Source: Deinococcales bacterium
GTDB lineage: Bacteria; Deinococcota; Deinococci; Deinococcales; JAAFIG01
Direction of reading: 5' to 3'
Assembly: GCA_031414595.1 (NCBI GenBank)
Contig: JANNVX010000014.1
Span: forward strand, 32,001-96,000
Length of the DNA: 64,000 bases
A model generated the notes under the pieces. That model had not been told where the DNA came from. It saw only the letters and a program-made list of their open reading frames with translations, and ran no database searches. How positions within the stretch are numbered: position 1 is the first letter of the stretch; each line of letters opens with the position of its first letter. Below are positions 1 to 9,466 of the stretch, in pieces. A program made the translations under genes and the position numbers.

Positions 1-1
1 T

Positions 2-3000
2 AATGAAACCAATCAACCTGTGCAAAAGACAGAATATGATTCGCTAAATCGTGTAGTTCGAGTCACAAAACCAGATGCTTCAAAAGTAGAAACGCAGTAC
101 GACATCCACGGACAAGCAAATAACGAGAAAATCTATAAAAAAGATGGTGCAGTTCGTCGAACAACCACAACAGAACGCGATTCATTAGGCTATACAACAT
201 CAATGTCTGTGACTGGCGACAGTAGCCCTTCATATACCCTTACCTATACCAATGATAGCCTTGGGCGAATTCGCAGCATCACCCACAGTGACATCAGCAT
301 TAACCCGAATGTCTCTGACCGTACTATCAGTATGCGGTATGACATTGAAGGAAATCAAATTTACCAAAATGGTATGACCATGCGTGGTGAAAGTTCATTC
401 ATGCAGGATCAACGCCGACCAGCCAGTGCTTACGAATTTGATGCTCTTAATCGCAAAACAAAAACTCATGTTCGGCTGTACCCAAGTTCTGATGTCGAAA
501 CAGTTACACCAGGAACAGATACTGCTACTACCACAGCCGTCTACGATGGTTTTGGCAATGCAATTCAAACCATAGACCCTAATGGCTACAGTACCGAAAA
601 TGCTTATGATGCAGCAGGCAAGGTTTTCCGTACTCAGCGTCAAATGTGGTTAGGTACAGAACCATCGGATGTACCAGGTAAGGGTACAAGTCTTGACCGA
701 AGCATCAGTGCAGCAGCCTATGACGCTTCAGCCCGTACCATCAAAACAGTAGATGCGGCTGGAAACACCCGTCAAATGAAATATGATCCACTTGGCAATG
801 TGTTGGTTGAGGTAGATGAACGAAACTTTGTGGTCAAAGGGTATACCTACACCGATGATGGATTACCACTAGGGTTTTGGGAGCCAAAATCTGATGCCAA
901 TAACCTCGCAAAACTACCGAGTTATAATTTCGGCAATCCAAATGTTAGGGTCGGTAACACAGCTAACCCACGTCCTGGTGGACATGACCTAGTGAAGTTT
1001 AACGTGTACTCCACCAGTAATAAACGTCCACTTCCGGAAAGAGTATTAACCGCTACCGGAACCACCACTACTCAACCAACCACCAGTGGTTCAGGTGGCG
1101 CAGAAACAAACTTTGAATACGACTTTGCTGGACGAGTCATGAAAACAACTTTGCCTGCCGATGAACAAGGTGTCCGTCACATCATCACTCAGGAATACAA
1201 CGAAGATGGTGAAGTCACCAGTATTACAGATGCCGATGGTTTTACCACCACCATGAAGTACGACCATAACAACAAAATACTTGAACAAAAACAATTAGCT
1301 CGAGCAGGTTCAACAGACAGCAATGCTGGATTGGGAAGTGGTTTAACCAGCACATTTGAATATGATGTTTTTGGCAATCTAATCGAGAAAAACGAACGTG
1401 GGCTTATTACTAAATATGCTTATAACAGTATCGGAAAAGCAGTTGCGGAAAGCCAACCAACCAAACCAAGTGCAACCAGTAGCATAAACTGGGCGCGACG
1501 TGGCTACCGCTTAGATGGTGAGTTATTGATCAAAACAACCACTGATTTCCAAAATTATTACAATCCAATACCAACCGCTCCAGACCAACCAATTGAAATG
1601 GACACATTAAGTGGTGTGGTCAATGGTGGGAATGTCACTGGCTACCAACTAGACACCAATGGTCGGATCATTGGTGAGGCTAGTTTTGGGCGTAAACGCA
1701 CTAATGGTGCAATCAACGATAATAACCAAGATTATGATACGTCATTCGCAGCCCAAGAGAAACAAGAACAGCTTTTCTACAACGGTTTGAATCTTCGTGT
1801 AAAACGAATCTTCAATGGTGACCGAGCAATTTATGCGCCTCAACGAGATGCCTCTGGACGTTTTATCCTTGGTAATGGCACTGCCAGTACAAACCCGACA
1901 GACCCAAATATCAGTACCGCTTACCAAACGTATAATCGTTACGACAACCGAGGCAAGTTGCTCGAGCAGTACGATCAAAATGCTGCCTTTACAGGAACCA
2001 GCCGCTTTAATTTATTCCGCTATGAATACTCAGATACAGGTAAAGAAATTCGTAACAACCGCAATGTGCGAGTAGAAGCTCCCGTATTACTCTGGTCAAA
2101 CAATGGGAACAGACCAGCCGATCCAATCCTCGGAAAAACCGTACTCATGGCAGCCAGTGTTGGTGTTGTGGTCAGCCAATACAATGAACGCGATACACTC
2201 GAGAAAACAGTGGTCAAAGACCGAGCGCCTAGTGGAATTCAAGATTTAGCCCCAGAAACCAACCGAGTGACAACTTATGGCTATTATCCAAATGGTTTGA
2301 AAAAACAAACTTCGGTTGCTCCAGATAATAATGCAACGCCATTGGGGACAGTAAAATACACCTACGACCAAAGAGGACGCGAAATTAAAGTTGAAGATGA
2401 CAACGGAGCAATAGATACACGACGAGACGATAAGGGAATACCACGTGGTCTCCAAAACAACATCAGTGGTACAGCAACCACTACCACCACCTACAAACCT
2501 GGCGAGCTTACCCGTATTGTTAAAGATGGCTCGAACAAGTGTTATCTCCAACAAACGACAATCAACACCCTAGCAAACCAGCCATATGAAATATCAGAAT
2601 GGATTTACGACCCACAAGATGTTTCTCCAGTAGCCTTTTCTTGTGGTGTCAGCCAACCAACCCGTAAAACCATCACAACCTACAATGAACAAACGCTGCC
2701 TGTAGAAACCAACATTGTTAATGCACAGACCCGTACAGTAGCTGATTCATATACAGATTTTACAACAGACTCAACTGCTAAACAAACATATCAATACAAC
2801 GATTACAGTTATGAAACGAAAGTCAACTTTGAGTCAACCTTAAAGTCCCAAGGCTTTCGTAAAGGATATTCCTGTCAGAAAGTTGCAATACGACCAAGCA
2901 TAGAAGTGCCACTCACCATGCCTGATCCAAATAACCCTGGTGGACCATACATTGCTGGTATTCCATATCCAGACGCATGGTTAGATTCTACCTGTACAGC

Positions 3001-6000
3001 CCAAACACAAATTTATCAACCTGGTTCAACGGTTCCAGCAAAAGACATGTACGACTATGTAGCCCAACGTGAAGGTTTTACCAGCGAATCGTCAAAGAAA
3101 GACGAATCCATCAGTGAATATACAATCACAGGTGCAAAAACACTCTTGAAAGAAACCAAGAATATTGGTCTAATTGTCCAAGCTGCAAACCCAGATACAG
3201 ACTTTAGGGGTGCAATATCTGCTCCACCACTGGGCGAAACCACGACGACACAAAAGTACATTCTTGATTCGAGTGGAAATAGACTTTATGTTGCAGGTGG
3301 CGACTATGACGGTTTTGTTAAACGTTACAATGCCATTGATAAACCAGCCATGTACTTCAAGTGGAGTGGCGGTGCAACTGATCCTTATGCTGCTTACAGT
3401 GATTTTGTATACGACCCAAGTAACACCCAAATTATCTCGAGTACCAGTGGAATTAGGCAAAAACGCATTGCTGGTAATTTAGGTTATGAAATTATTCGTG
3501 ATACCAGTAACTTGTTGTATTCGGATGATGACTTACAAATTAGCAATAAGCGCATTGGGCGACTCTGGCGACTCTGGGATCCAGGCGGACTTTTTGGTAT
3601 TGGAATGGGCTGGAAAACCGAACAAGTTACAGATGCTAATTCGTATACAAACCCCAATAATTTTGTGCAACGCAACGCAACCTATAGCATGGCAGATGGT
3701 ATTGTTGATAATACTTCATGGACAGGCATTGTACCATTTAGTGTTATTCCAGACATAGGAACGCAATTCCAACTTGAAGCGCCACAAACAGCACTCAGCA
3801 CTCAGGTAGGCATTTCCCCGTCAAGCATTACAGCACCTACAAGTGTAGTTACACCACCAAGTACAGGCACTCCAAGCAGCACTGTTACCACACCAATTGC
3901 TCCAGCCCCTGTACCAGTAGTTCCACCAGCAAATACTCCGCCAGCCTCGAGTCCAGCCCCCGCAAATCCAGCATCAGTTCCACAATCTGCAAATACCAAT
4001 AATGCACCAGCAAATACCACCAACGTTACAACCCCAACAATAGGTGTTACCGTCACCCAGCCAGTCCCCGCTCCAGCGACACAACCAGCCCAAGCCCCTG
4101 CTACGCAACCCAATGTTCCAGCAGCAACCAACCAACCAAGTAACCCAACTTCAAACACCACCCCGCTCGCCCCAAATAATGCCATTCTTAACCCACCAAC
4201 TTCTGTTGTACCTCAAACCTTGGGCAATACGAACTCGAGCAGCGTAACTTCCCCTCAAAGCAGTAGCGTCGTTCCGAATATTGGTTTGACCCCATCGAAC
4301 GTTCAAGCGCCTTCGACCAGTGTCACACCAAACATTGGTACTTCACCGAACTCGAGTAACAGCAACATTACAGCCCCGCAAAGCACTGCTAAACCCGTAA
4401 CTGGAGTACCAACTGCAAGTACAATTCGTCCTCCAACTTCGGTAACTGCGATACGTGCAGAATCACCTGATGGTGGCGAGTTCATTTCTTTACTCGAGAC
4501 CACATCGCAGCAGGCTTGGGATAATTATCAGACGTGGTTAAAGAGCTATTTTAGTTATTCTCGAACAGCCATTAAACAAATAATGGATAAAAACAACTCT
4601 GGGGACAAAGCCATCGGTGAATTTAAGGACTTACTGATTCAATGGCTAGGCTCGAGTTTAGTCCGATGGGCAGATAAAAACTTGAGTGAGTATTACTCAA
4701 GTAAAGTTGCATCAACTATTTATAACTTACGTCATGGTTTAAGTGACCAAAACGAAGTCATTGAAATGTTTGTGGTTTACGCTTCGATTGTTTTCTTAGC
4801 GGATGCAAGCGGCGCTCATGGTGAAGATGCCAGAACTAAACTTGTCAATATCTATGGCTTCTCTATTTTCCTAATGCAATCCAAAGGAAAAGTCGCGTCA
4901 GGCAAACCACTAGACTACGCTGGGTTTGTTACCAGAGACATTAAAACAAACGGTGCTTGGGATGCCAAAAAGATAAAAGCACATATTCTAGGTTGGATTG
5001 GCACAATTGATTATTGGGATCCTAATGCTAGAGATGCAAAAGCGCAATTGTTCGCTTTGGATATGTTTATTGGTGGGTTAAGAATCCTAATGGGTATTGG
5101 GGCAGCCGCTCTTGTGCCTACTGCCCCTGCTGTGGCTGGAGCATTGGCTTTCTGGGGTGCGGTGGATAGTTTATACACAGCACTTGCTGGTAAAGACGCG
5201 TTGACAGGACAATCAGTGGGCGATCTTGGGCGAATACTGGCAGCAGGTGGTGTCGCGCTGTTCGTTTTCCAGGCTGCCAATGGTATCCGTTCAGCAATGG
5301 CAATTGGTTGCAATAGTTTTTCTGCTGAAACGCCTGTCAGTACCATTGATGGACAAAAACGAATTGATTCTCTGCAAAAAACAGATAATGTCACGGGTTT
5401 CCATGAATACTCACGAAAGACTAATGAATATCAAGTTACTAATACAATTTCACACACCGACACAACCGTTGCCAAACTGGAACTGGAGACAGATAGTGGT
5501 CAAGCAGAAACGCTGACCACAACACCAGAACACCCATTTTATGCTTTAGTTGAGCCAAATCAAAACTCGAGTGGTGTGTGGGTCAACGCGGAGAAACTCA
5601 AAACTGGGAACTGGGTTAAGCGACTAAATGGGTACGGAGTTGTTAAACGTTCATGGAATGAAACAGCCAATCAGAAGATGTATAACTTAACTGTAGAGAA
5701 TGCTCATACATTCTTTGTGGGAAAAAACGATTGGCTGGTGCATAATACAAATCAAGGTTGTGCAAATTTATTCGCAGTGGCAAATCTTGATCCGGGTGAT
5801 TTTGGACGAAGTGATAAAGTTCACTTTAATAGAGCAAATGCCCAGCTGGAAGCTCAATTATTGGCTAACCCAGGGCTTGCGGCGCGTTTAGACGCGACAT
5901 CACGATTAATCGACCCGACAGCAGCAACTGCACTTTCTAGGGTTTCATCAACTGGAACTCGACAAACTCCTATAGGTTTTACGTGGCATCACAGCCTAAC

Positions 6001-6127
6001 CCCGGGGAGACTTGAGTTAATAACTCTTGGTGACCATTACTATTTGTGGACACTTAATCATCCAGGTAACATGGGTGGATATGCTATTTGGGCAGTTCCA
6101 GCTGGTGCGCCACTTCGTAGACCGTAA
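2..6127 (+). CDS. Rhs/YD-repeat polymorphic toxin, 5'-truncated by window edge: YD repeats, Pro/Thr/Ser linker, PT-TG-like segment, pretoxin HINT domain, C-terminal WHH (HNH/EndoVII) nuclease
   Basis: Frame open from base 2. Many YDxxGR/N repeats; GKDALTG motif; HINT motifs CNSF...TTPEHPFY...YNLTVENAHTFFVG...LVHN (5309-5746); toxin HFNRAN...FTWHH...H...GG..IW. Confidence 0.9.
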   Translation, partial: NETNQPVQKTEYDSLNRVVRVTKPDASKVETQYDIHGQANNEKIYKKDGAVRRTTTTERDSLGYTTSMSVTGDSSPSYTLTYTNDSLGRIRSITHSDISINPNVSDRTISMRYDIEGNQIYQNGMTMRGESSFMQDQRRPASAYEFDALNRKTKTHVRLYPSSDVETVTPGTDTATTTAVYDGFGNAIQTIDPNGYSTENAYDAAGKVFRTQRQMWLGTEPSDVPGKGTSLDRSISAAAYDASARTIKTVDAAGNTRQMKYDPLGNVLVEVDERNFVVKGYTYTDDGLPLGFWEPKSDANNLAKLPSYNFGNPNVRVGNTANPRPGGHDLVKFNVYSTSNKRPLPERVLTATGTTTTQPTTSGSGGAETNFEYDFAGRVMKTTLPADEQGVRHIITQEYNEDGEVTSITDADGFTTTMKYDHNNKILEQKQLARAGSTDSNAGLGSGLTSTFEYDVFGNLIEKNERGLITKYAYNSIGKAVAESQPTKPSATSSINWARRGYRLDGELLIKTTTDFQNYYNPIPTAPDQPIEMDTLSGVVNGGNVTGYQLDTNGRIIGEASFGRKRTNGAINDNNQDYDTSFAAQEKQEQLFYNGLNLRVKRIFNGDRAIYAPQRDASGRFILGNGTASTNPTDPNISTAYQTYNRYDNRGKLLEQYDQNAAFTGTSRFNLFRYEYSDTGKEIRNNRNVRVEAPVLLWSNNGNRPADPILGKTVLMAASVGVVVSQYNERDTLEKTVVKDRAPSGIQDLAPETNRVTTYGYYPNGLKKQTSVAPDNNATPLGTVKYTYDQRGREIKVEDDNGAIDTRRDDKGIPRGLQNNISGTATTTTTYKPGELTRIVKDGSNKCYLQQTTINTLANQPYEISEWIYDPQDVSPVAFSCGVSQPTRKTITTYNEQTLPVETNIVNAQTRTVADSYTDFTTDSTAKQTYQYNDYSYETKVNFESTLKSQGFRKGYSCQKVAIRPSIEVPLTMPDPNNPGGPYIAGIPYPDAWLDSTCTAQTQIYQPGSTVPAKDMYDYVAQREGFTSESSKKDESISEYTITGAKTLLKETKNIGLIVQAANPDTDFRGAISAPPLGETTTTQKYILDSSGNRLYVAGGDYDGFVKRYNAIDKPAMYFKWSGGATDPYAAYSDFVYDPSNTQIISSTSGIRQKRIAGNLGYEIIRDTSNLLYSDDDLQISNKRIGRLWRLWDPGGLFGIGMGWKTEQVTDANSYTNPNNFVQRNATYSMADGIVDNTSWTGIVPFSVIPDIGTQFQLEAPQTALSTQVGISPSSITAPTSVVTPPSTGTPSSTVTTPIAPAPVPVVPPANTPPASSPAPANPASVPQSANTNNAPANTTNVTTPTIGVTVTQPVPAPATQPAQAPATQPNVPAATNQPSNPTSNTTPLAPNNAILNPPTSVVPQTLGNTNSSSVTSPQSSSVVPNIGLTPSNVQAPSTSVTPNIGTSPNSSNSNITAPQSTAKPVTGVPTASTIRPPTSVTAIRAESPDGGEFISLLETTSQQAWDNYQTWLKSYFSYSRTAIKQIMDKNNSGDKAIGEFKDLLIQWLGSSLVRWADKNLSEYYSSKVASTIYNLRHGLSDQNEVIEMFVVYASIVFLADASGAHGEDARTKLVNIYGFSIFLMQSKGKVASGKPLDYAGFVTRDIKTNGAWDAKKIKAHILGWIGTIDYWDPNARDAKAQLFALDMFIGGLRILMGIGAAALVPTAPAVAGALAFWGAVDSLYTALAGKDALTGQSVGDLGRILAAGGVALFVFQAANGIRSAMAIGCNSFSAETPVSTIDGQKRIDSLQKTDNVTGFHEYSRKTNEYQVTNTISHTDTTVAKLELETDSGQAETLTTTPEHPFYALVEPNQNSSGVWVNAEKLKTGNWVKRLNGYGVVKRSWNETANQKMYNLTVENAHTFFVGKNDWLVHNTNQGCANLFAVANLDPGDFGRSDKVHFNRANAQLEAQLLANPGLAARLDATSRLIDPTAATALSRVSSTGTRQTPIGFTWHHSLTPGRLELITLGDHYYLWTLNHPGNMGGYAIWAVPAGAPLRRP

Positions 6128-6327
6128 ATTAGAAATACTGGAGATGTGAATGCACGTGAAAAAGTGTTCAAATATCAGAATTCTGTACAACCAAGAACAC
6201 ACATCATTACATTGAGAATTTGCAATCAATGTATCAGCTAGATGAGCCTTCGGTGTATTCAATGTGAATTAAAATCTACTTCATAGTATGTACACCGACA
6301 GAGTTTCACTTCAAGAAAGAGGAATTT

Positions 6328-6786
6328 ATGCGCGATTTTAGAAAACTCAACCTAATTAGTGGTAATTCAAAAAAGCCTCTAAATAAAACACTTATGCACG
6401 ATATATCTATGGAGTATGGTTTTGTATTCCCAGAAAGTTACATTCAGTTTTTAGAATTCGATAACTCTGCTCCACATCCTGAGAGAGATACGTTTTTTCT
6501 TAGCCCAGAAGATGGTTACGGCATTGACTACTTTTTTTCTTTTACTGATGAACTGTATCCAACGGGTTTTTTGATGTTTTTGGATGAATTGAAAACAGTC
6601 AATAATAAAGTTTTCCCGTTTGCGAAAGATGGAGGTGTTAGTTTGTTCTGCTTTAGATTTTTTCAAGATGGAACTTATGATGTAGGGTACTTATCAAGTC
6701 ACTATAGGTATGAAAGCTATCTCTATTTAGCAGCATCTTTTGAGAGTTTCATTGATCAACTTCAAATTGATCCAGATATGATATAA
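6328..6786 (+). CDS. SMI1/KNR4 (SUKH) family immunity protein
   Basis: FPESYIQFL, PFAKDGG...FCF and LAASFESFI motifs; directly downstream of the toxin; RBS GAGG. Confidence 0.85.
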   Translation: MRDFRKLNLISGNSKKPLNKTLMHDISMEYGFVFPESYIQFLEFDNSAPHPERDTFFLSPEDGYGIDYFFSFTDELYPTGFLMFLDELKTVNNKVFPFAKDGGVSLFCFRFFQDGTYDVGYLSSHYRYESYLYLAASFESFIDQLQIDPDMI

Positions 6787-6949
6787 AGCCGAAGCATAGT
6801 GAGTATCTCTGTATTGAAAAGCACCATAATGCAATTTTTAGAAAAAAATCGAAGGGTGAGTGAAGAACATATTTTAGTTCACTCATAAGTCTCCAATCAT
6901 AAAAAGATCGTTGTAGTGAACTACACTTGAACAATATTTAGGAGTTTTT

Positions 6950-7414
6950 ATGTTTACAGTTCGGTTTAATACTTTACTTCCAATCAGCTTTGTTTCGCTT
7001 TGTGGTTTAACAATGCTTGGCTTGTTGATTCGTGGTGTGGATTTCACTCGGTTGCTCGTACCAGTAATTCTTATTTTTGCAAGTTTCCGTGCGTTTTCCG
7101 CAATCTACTTTTCGGTGTACATGCAAACACTTACCTTTAGGATTTCTTTCACGGCAGTTAAGCCATTTGAATTTCACAGTGCAGAAGTTCGCTCAGGGCG
7201 GTTGCACTTTTTGGATGCAACAGGTAAAACCCTCCTGAGTGTGGCAACTTGGTTGTGTCGTACCGAGGATGTGAGTGCTTTGGTTAAGCAGTTTCCAGCA
7301 TCTGGTATCCAAGTTACTGGTGGGCATCATAGGCTTGCAGAAATTCTAAGGCGTGTTGAAAATGGCACTTTTGACCCAAACACAATCATAGTATTTACCA
7401 TTCAAGGGAAGTAG
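6950..7414 (+). CDS. Membrane protein (copy 1 of duplicated gene) with an unrelated C-terminal tail
   Basis: Two hydrophobic segments; RBS AGGAG; near-identical to 7891-8256 up to QFPAS. Confidence 0.6.
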   Translation: MFTVRFNTLLPISFVSLCGLTMLGLLIRGVDFTRLLVPVILIFASFRAFSAIYFSVYMQTLTFRISFTAVKPFEFHSAEVRSGRLHFLDATGKTLLSVATWLCRTEDVSALVKQFPASGIQVTGGHHRLAEILRRVENGTFDPNTIIVFTIQGK

Positions 7415-7419
7415 GAGCT

Positions 7420-7800
7420 ATGAATCGTGTAATGTACAAAATTCTATACCTTGAAGATCAAGAAGTAGGGCGGTTTTACGATTTTATTTTTAACGAAAAG
7501 TCTTGGCTTGTATTCATTTCTATTTCTGGAAATGAATACATAAACACTTTTCACCTTGAACATTTACCGTTCTCGGCTAATGTTAGAAAAATATGTGTAT
7601 GGTCATGTAAGGATGTTAGTTCAAAAAGTTCCATGAAAATCATTGAAGAATTGGAACTCAACTTGAAAAAATTCTCAAATAATCAGATGGGCTTTGGTGA
7701 TGTATTTGAAATTTACCAGCCAAATTGGGAAACTTGGGGTGCTGGAATTCCAGTGGAAATTTCTTCAAAAATTAGCGAACTTATGTCTGACTTGCCTTAA
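7420..7800 (+). CDS. Hypothetical protein, possible orphan immunity protein
   Basis: RBS AGGAG; AT-rich; sits in the toxin cassette region. Confidence 0.55.
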   Translation: MNRVMYKILYLEDQEVGRFYDFIFNEKSWLVFISISGNEYINTFHLEHLPFSANVRKICVWSCKDVSSKSSMKIIEELELNLKKFSNNQMGFGDVFEIYQPNWETWGAGIPVEISSKISELMSDLP

Positions 7801-7890
7801 AAGTTTAGAATAAAAATCTAAACCAGCTATACTAAAGATTAGTAAGTCATGAGAGGTAATTTTCAACAAGGTCTTGCGAATAGGAGTTTT

Positions 7891-8256
7891 ATGTTTACAG
7901 TTCGGTTTAATACTTTACTTCCAATCAGCTTTATCTCGCTTTGCGTTTTAACAATGCTTGGCTTGTTGGTGCGTGGTGTGGATTTCACTCGGTTGCTTGT
8001 GCCAGTGGTTCTTATTTTTGCAAGTTTCCGTGCTTTTTCCGCAGTTTACTTTTCGGTATATATGCAAACAGTTACCTTTAGGATTTCTTTCACGGCAGTT
8101 AAGCCGTTTGAGTTTCACAGTGCAGAAGTGCGTTCAGGGCGCTTGCATTTCTTGGATGCAACAGGTAAAACCCTCCTGAGTGTGGCAACTTGGCTATGTC
8201 GTACTGAGGATGTGAGTGCTTTGGTTAAGCAGTTTCCAGCATCCTCTAAGGAGTAG
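7891..8256 (+). CDS. Membrane protein (copy 2)
   Basis: ATG at 7891 after AGGAG; stop abuts the next gene. Confidence 0.7.
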   Translation: MFTVRFNTLLPISFISLCVLTMLGLLVRGVDFTRLLVPVVLIFASFRAFSAVYFSVYMQTVTFRISFTAVKPFEFHSAEVRSGRLHFLDATGKTLLSVATWLCRTEDVSALVKQFPASSKE

Positions 8257-8262
8257 GTCTTT

Positions 8263-9453
8263 ATGAATTTACGTTGGTGTGGTTTGACAGTGGTTATGGC
8301 GTTACTGACCGCTTGTCCAGACCCTAATGATCCAAATAAGCCAACTGTGGCTATCACAACCCCTGCTTCGGATGCCACTGTTAGCAATACCATTCCAATT
8401 CAATTGGATGCTGTGGATAATGTTGGTTTGGCTCGAGTCGAAGTTTTTGTGCGTGGTCGTGGTTCAACTCAAATTGGTTTGAATGTGGGTAGTGCCGTCA
8501 GTGCGCCTTTTGTGGTGCAGTGGGATACCACAGGTGTTCCCAACAATACCGAACTCGAATTGGTGGCTCGAGCTTATGATACGGCTGGAAATGAAGGGGT
8601 CAGCACCCCTATCCGCATCAAAACCCAAAATGCAAATCTGCCCAGCCTGACCTTGCTCTCTGGCTATTCGCTTCCCCCAAAACCCGTGCAGTTTGCCAGC
8701 AGCAAGCTCCAAACCCAAAACGTTGCACTTGACTCGGTTTTACCAGCCCATACAACCCGTGTACTCGAGGCTTTAGAAGCCCCCAAGAACCTCTCAGAAC
8801 TTCGCGCTCGAGTTGCCAGCACCTCGGCAGTTATTCGCCCATTGGCATTGACTCGAGACTTGGCGCTGGAATGGGAATGGAGTCCTTTTCAAAGCGTTGG
8901 CAGTATTGCAGGTGCGGATGGTTACGGGATTTTCTTGTCTAAACTGGACATTGCTGGGTCTTATCAGCGCCTGCTGAACCAACAAGCAACAGCTTCTGGC
9001 GCTCAGAAGTTCTCGAAAACATTTTCTGAAGCTCGCACAGGAGATGTCTATTTTGGTTGTGTAACTGCCATTGTGGATAATCGTTCTCGAGAAACACCTT
9101 GTAGTAACGCAGATGCAGCCAAATTCCCACCAGACCAAGATGTGGCAGCACCCGCCGATGGTGCGGTTGTCTCGGATGGTCGCCCAACCCTGACTTGGAC
9201 AGCCACCCCAAATGCAATTGGTTATTTGTATTTGCTCTATGACCGTAACCCTTGGGATGCCAATGCCAAAATTATTTGGCGCAACACCCCAGCTACCCAA
9301 ACCACCGATAAGTTATTGGCAGCTTATCCAAGTGCTTTAGCCCCACTTGCCAAGGGAACTTACTATTGGTGGGTTGCGGGGGTTAGTTTTGATTCGTTTG
9401 GTAAAGCGGATGGTTTTTCGTTTTCTGATCCGCGTACCATCGTTGTGCCTTGA
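8263..9453 (+). CDS. Lipoprotein with bacterial Ig-like domain(s)
   Basis: Lipobox LLTAC; Ig-like pattern PTVAITTP...DNVGLARVEVFV...WDTT...ARAYDTAGN. Confidence 0.8.
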   Translation: MNLRWCGLTVVMALLTACPDPNDPNKPTVAITTPASDATVSNTIPIQLDAVDNVGLARVEVFVRGRGSTQIGLNVGSAVSAPFVVQWDTTGVPNNTELELVARAYDTAGNEGVSTPIRIKTQNANLPSLTLLSGYSLPPKPVQFASSKLQTQNVALDSVLPAHTTRVLEALEAPKNLSELRARVASTSAVIRPLALTRDLALEWEWSPFQSVGSIAGADGYGIFLSKLDIAGSYQRLLNQQATASGAQKFSKTFSEARTGDVYFGCVTAIVDNRSRETPCSNADAAKFPPDQDVAAPADGAVVSDGRPTLTWTATPNAIGYLYLLYDRNPWDANAKIIWRNTPATQTTDKLLAAYPSALAPLAKGTYYWWVAGVSFDSFGKADGFSFSDPRTIVVP

Positions 9454-9466
9454 GTTGGAGTGAATT

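Larger units (their letters stand above)
6939..8243 (+). repeat. Direct duplication of about 364 bp (6939-7302 and 7881-8243)
   Basis: Both copies run from TAGGAGTTTT-ATGTTTACAGTTCGG to GCAGTTTCCAGCATC, with scattered, mostly synonymous differences. Confidence 0.95.

Noticed and set aside
3802-4503. Gly/Val/Ala-rich minus-strand ORFs
   Set aside because: Antisense shadows of the Pro/Thr/Ser linker; the same applies to the many short antisense ORFs over sbcC, the S41 genes, bamA and parB.
5309-5746. Mobile intein with homing endonuclease
   Set aside because: Short HINT domain with no endonuclease insert, in the pretoxin position; better explained as an autoproteolytic toxin-release domain.
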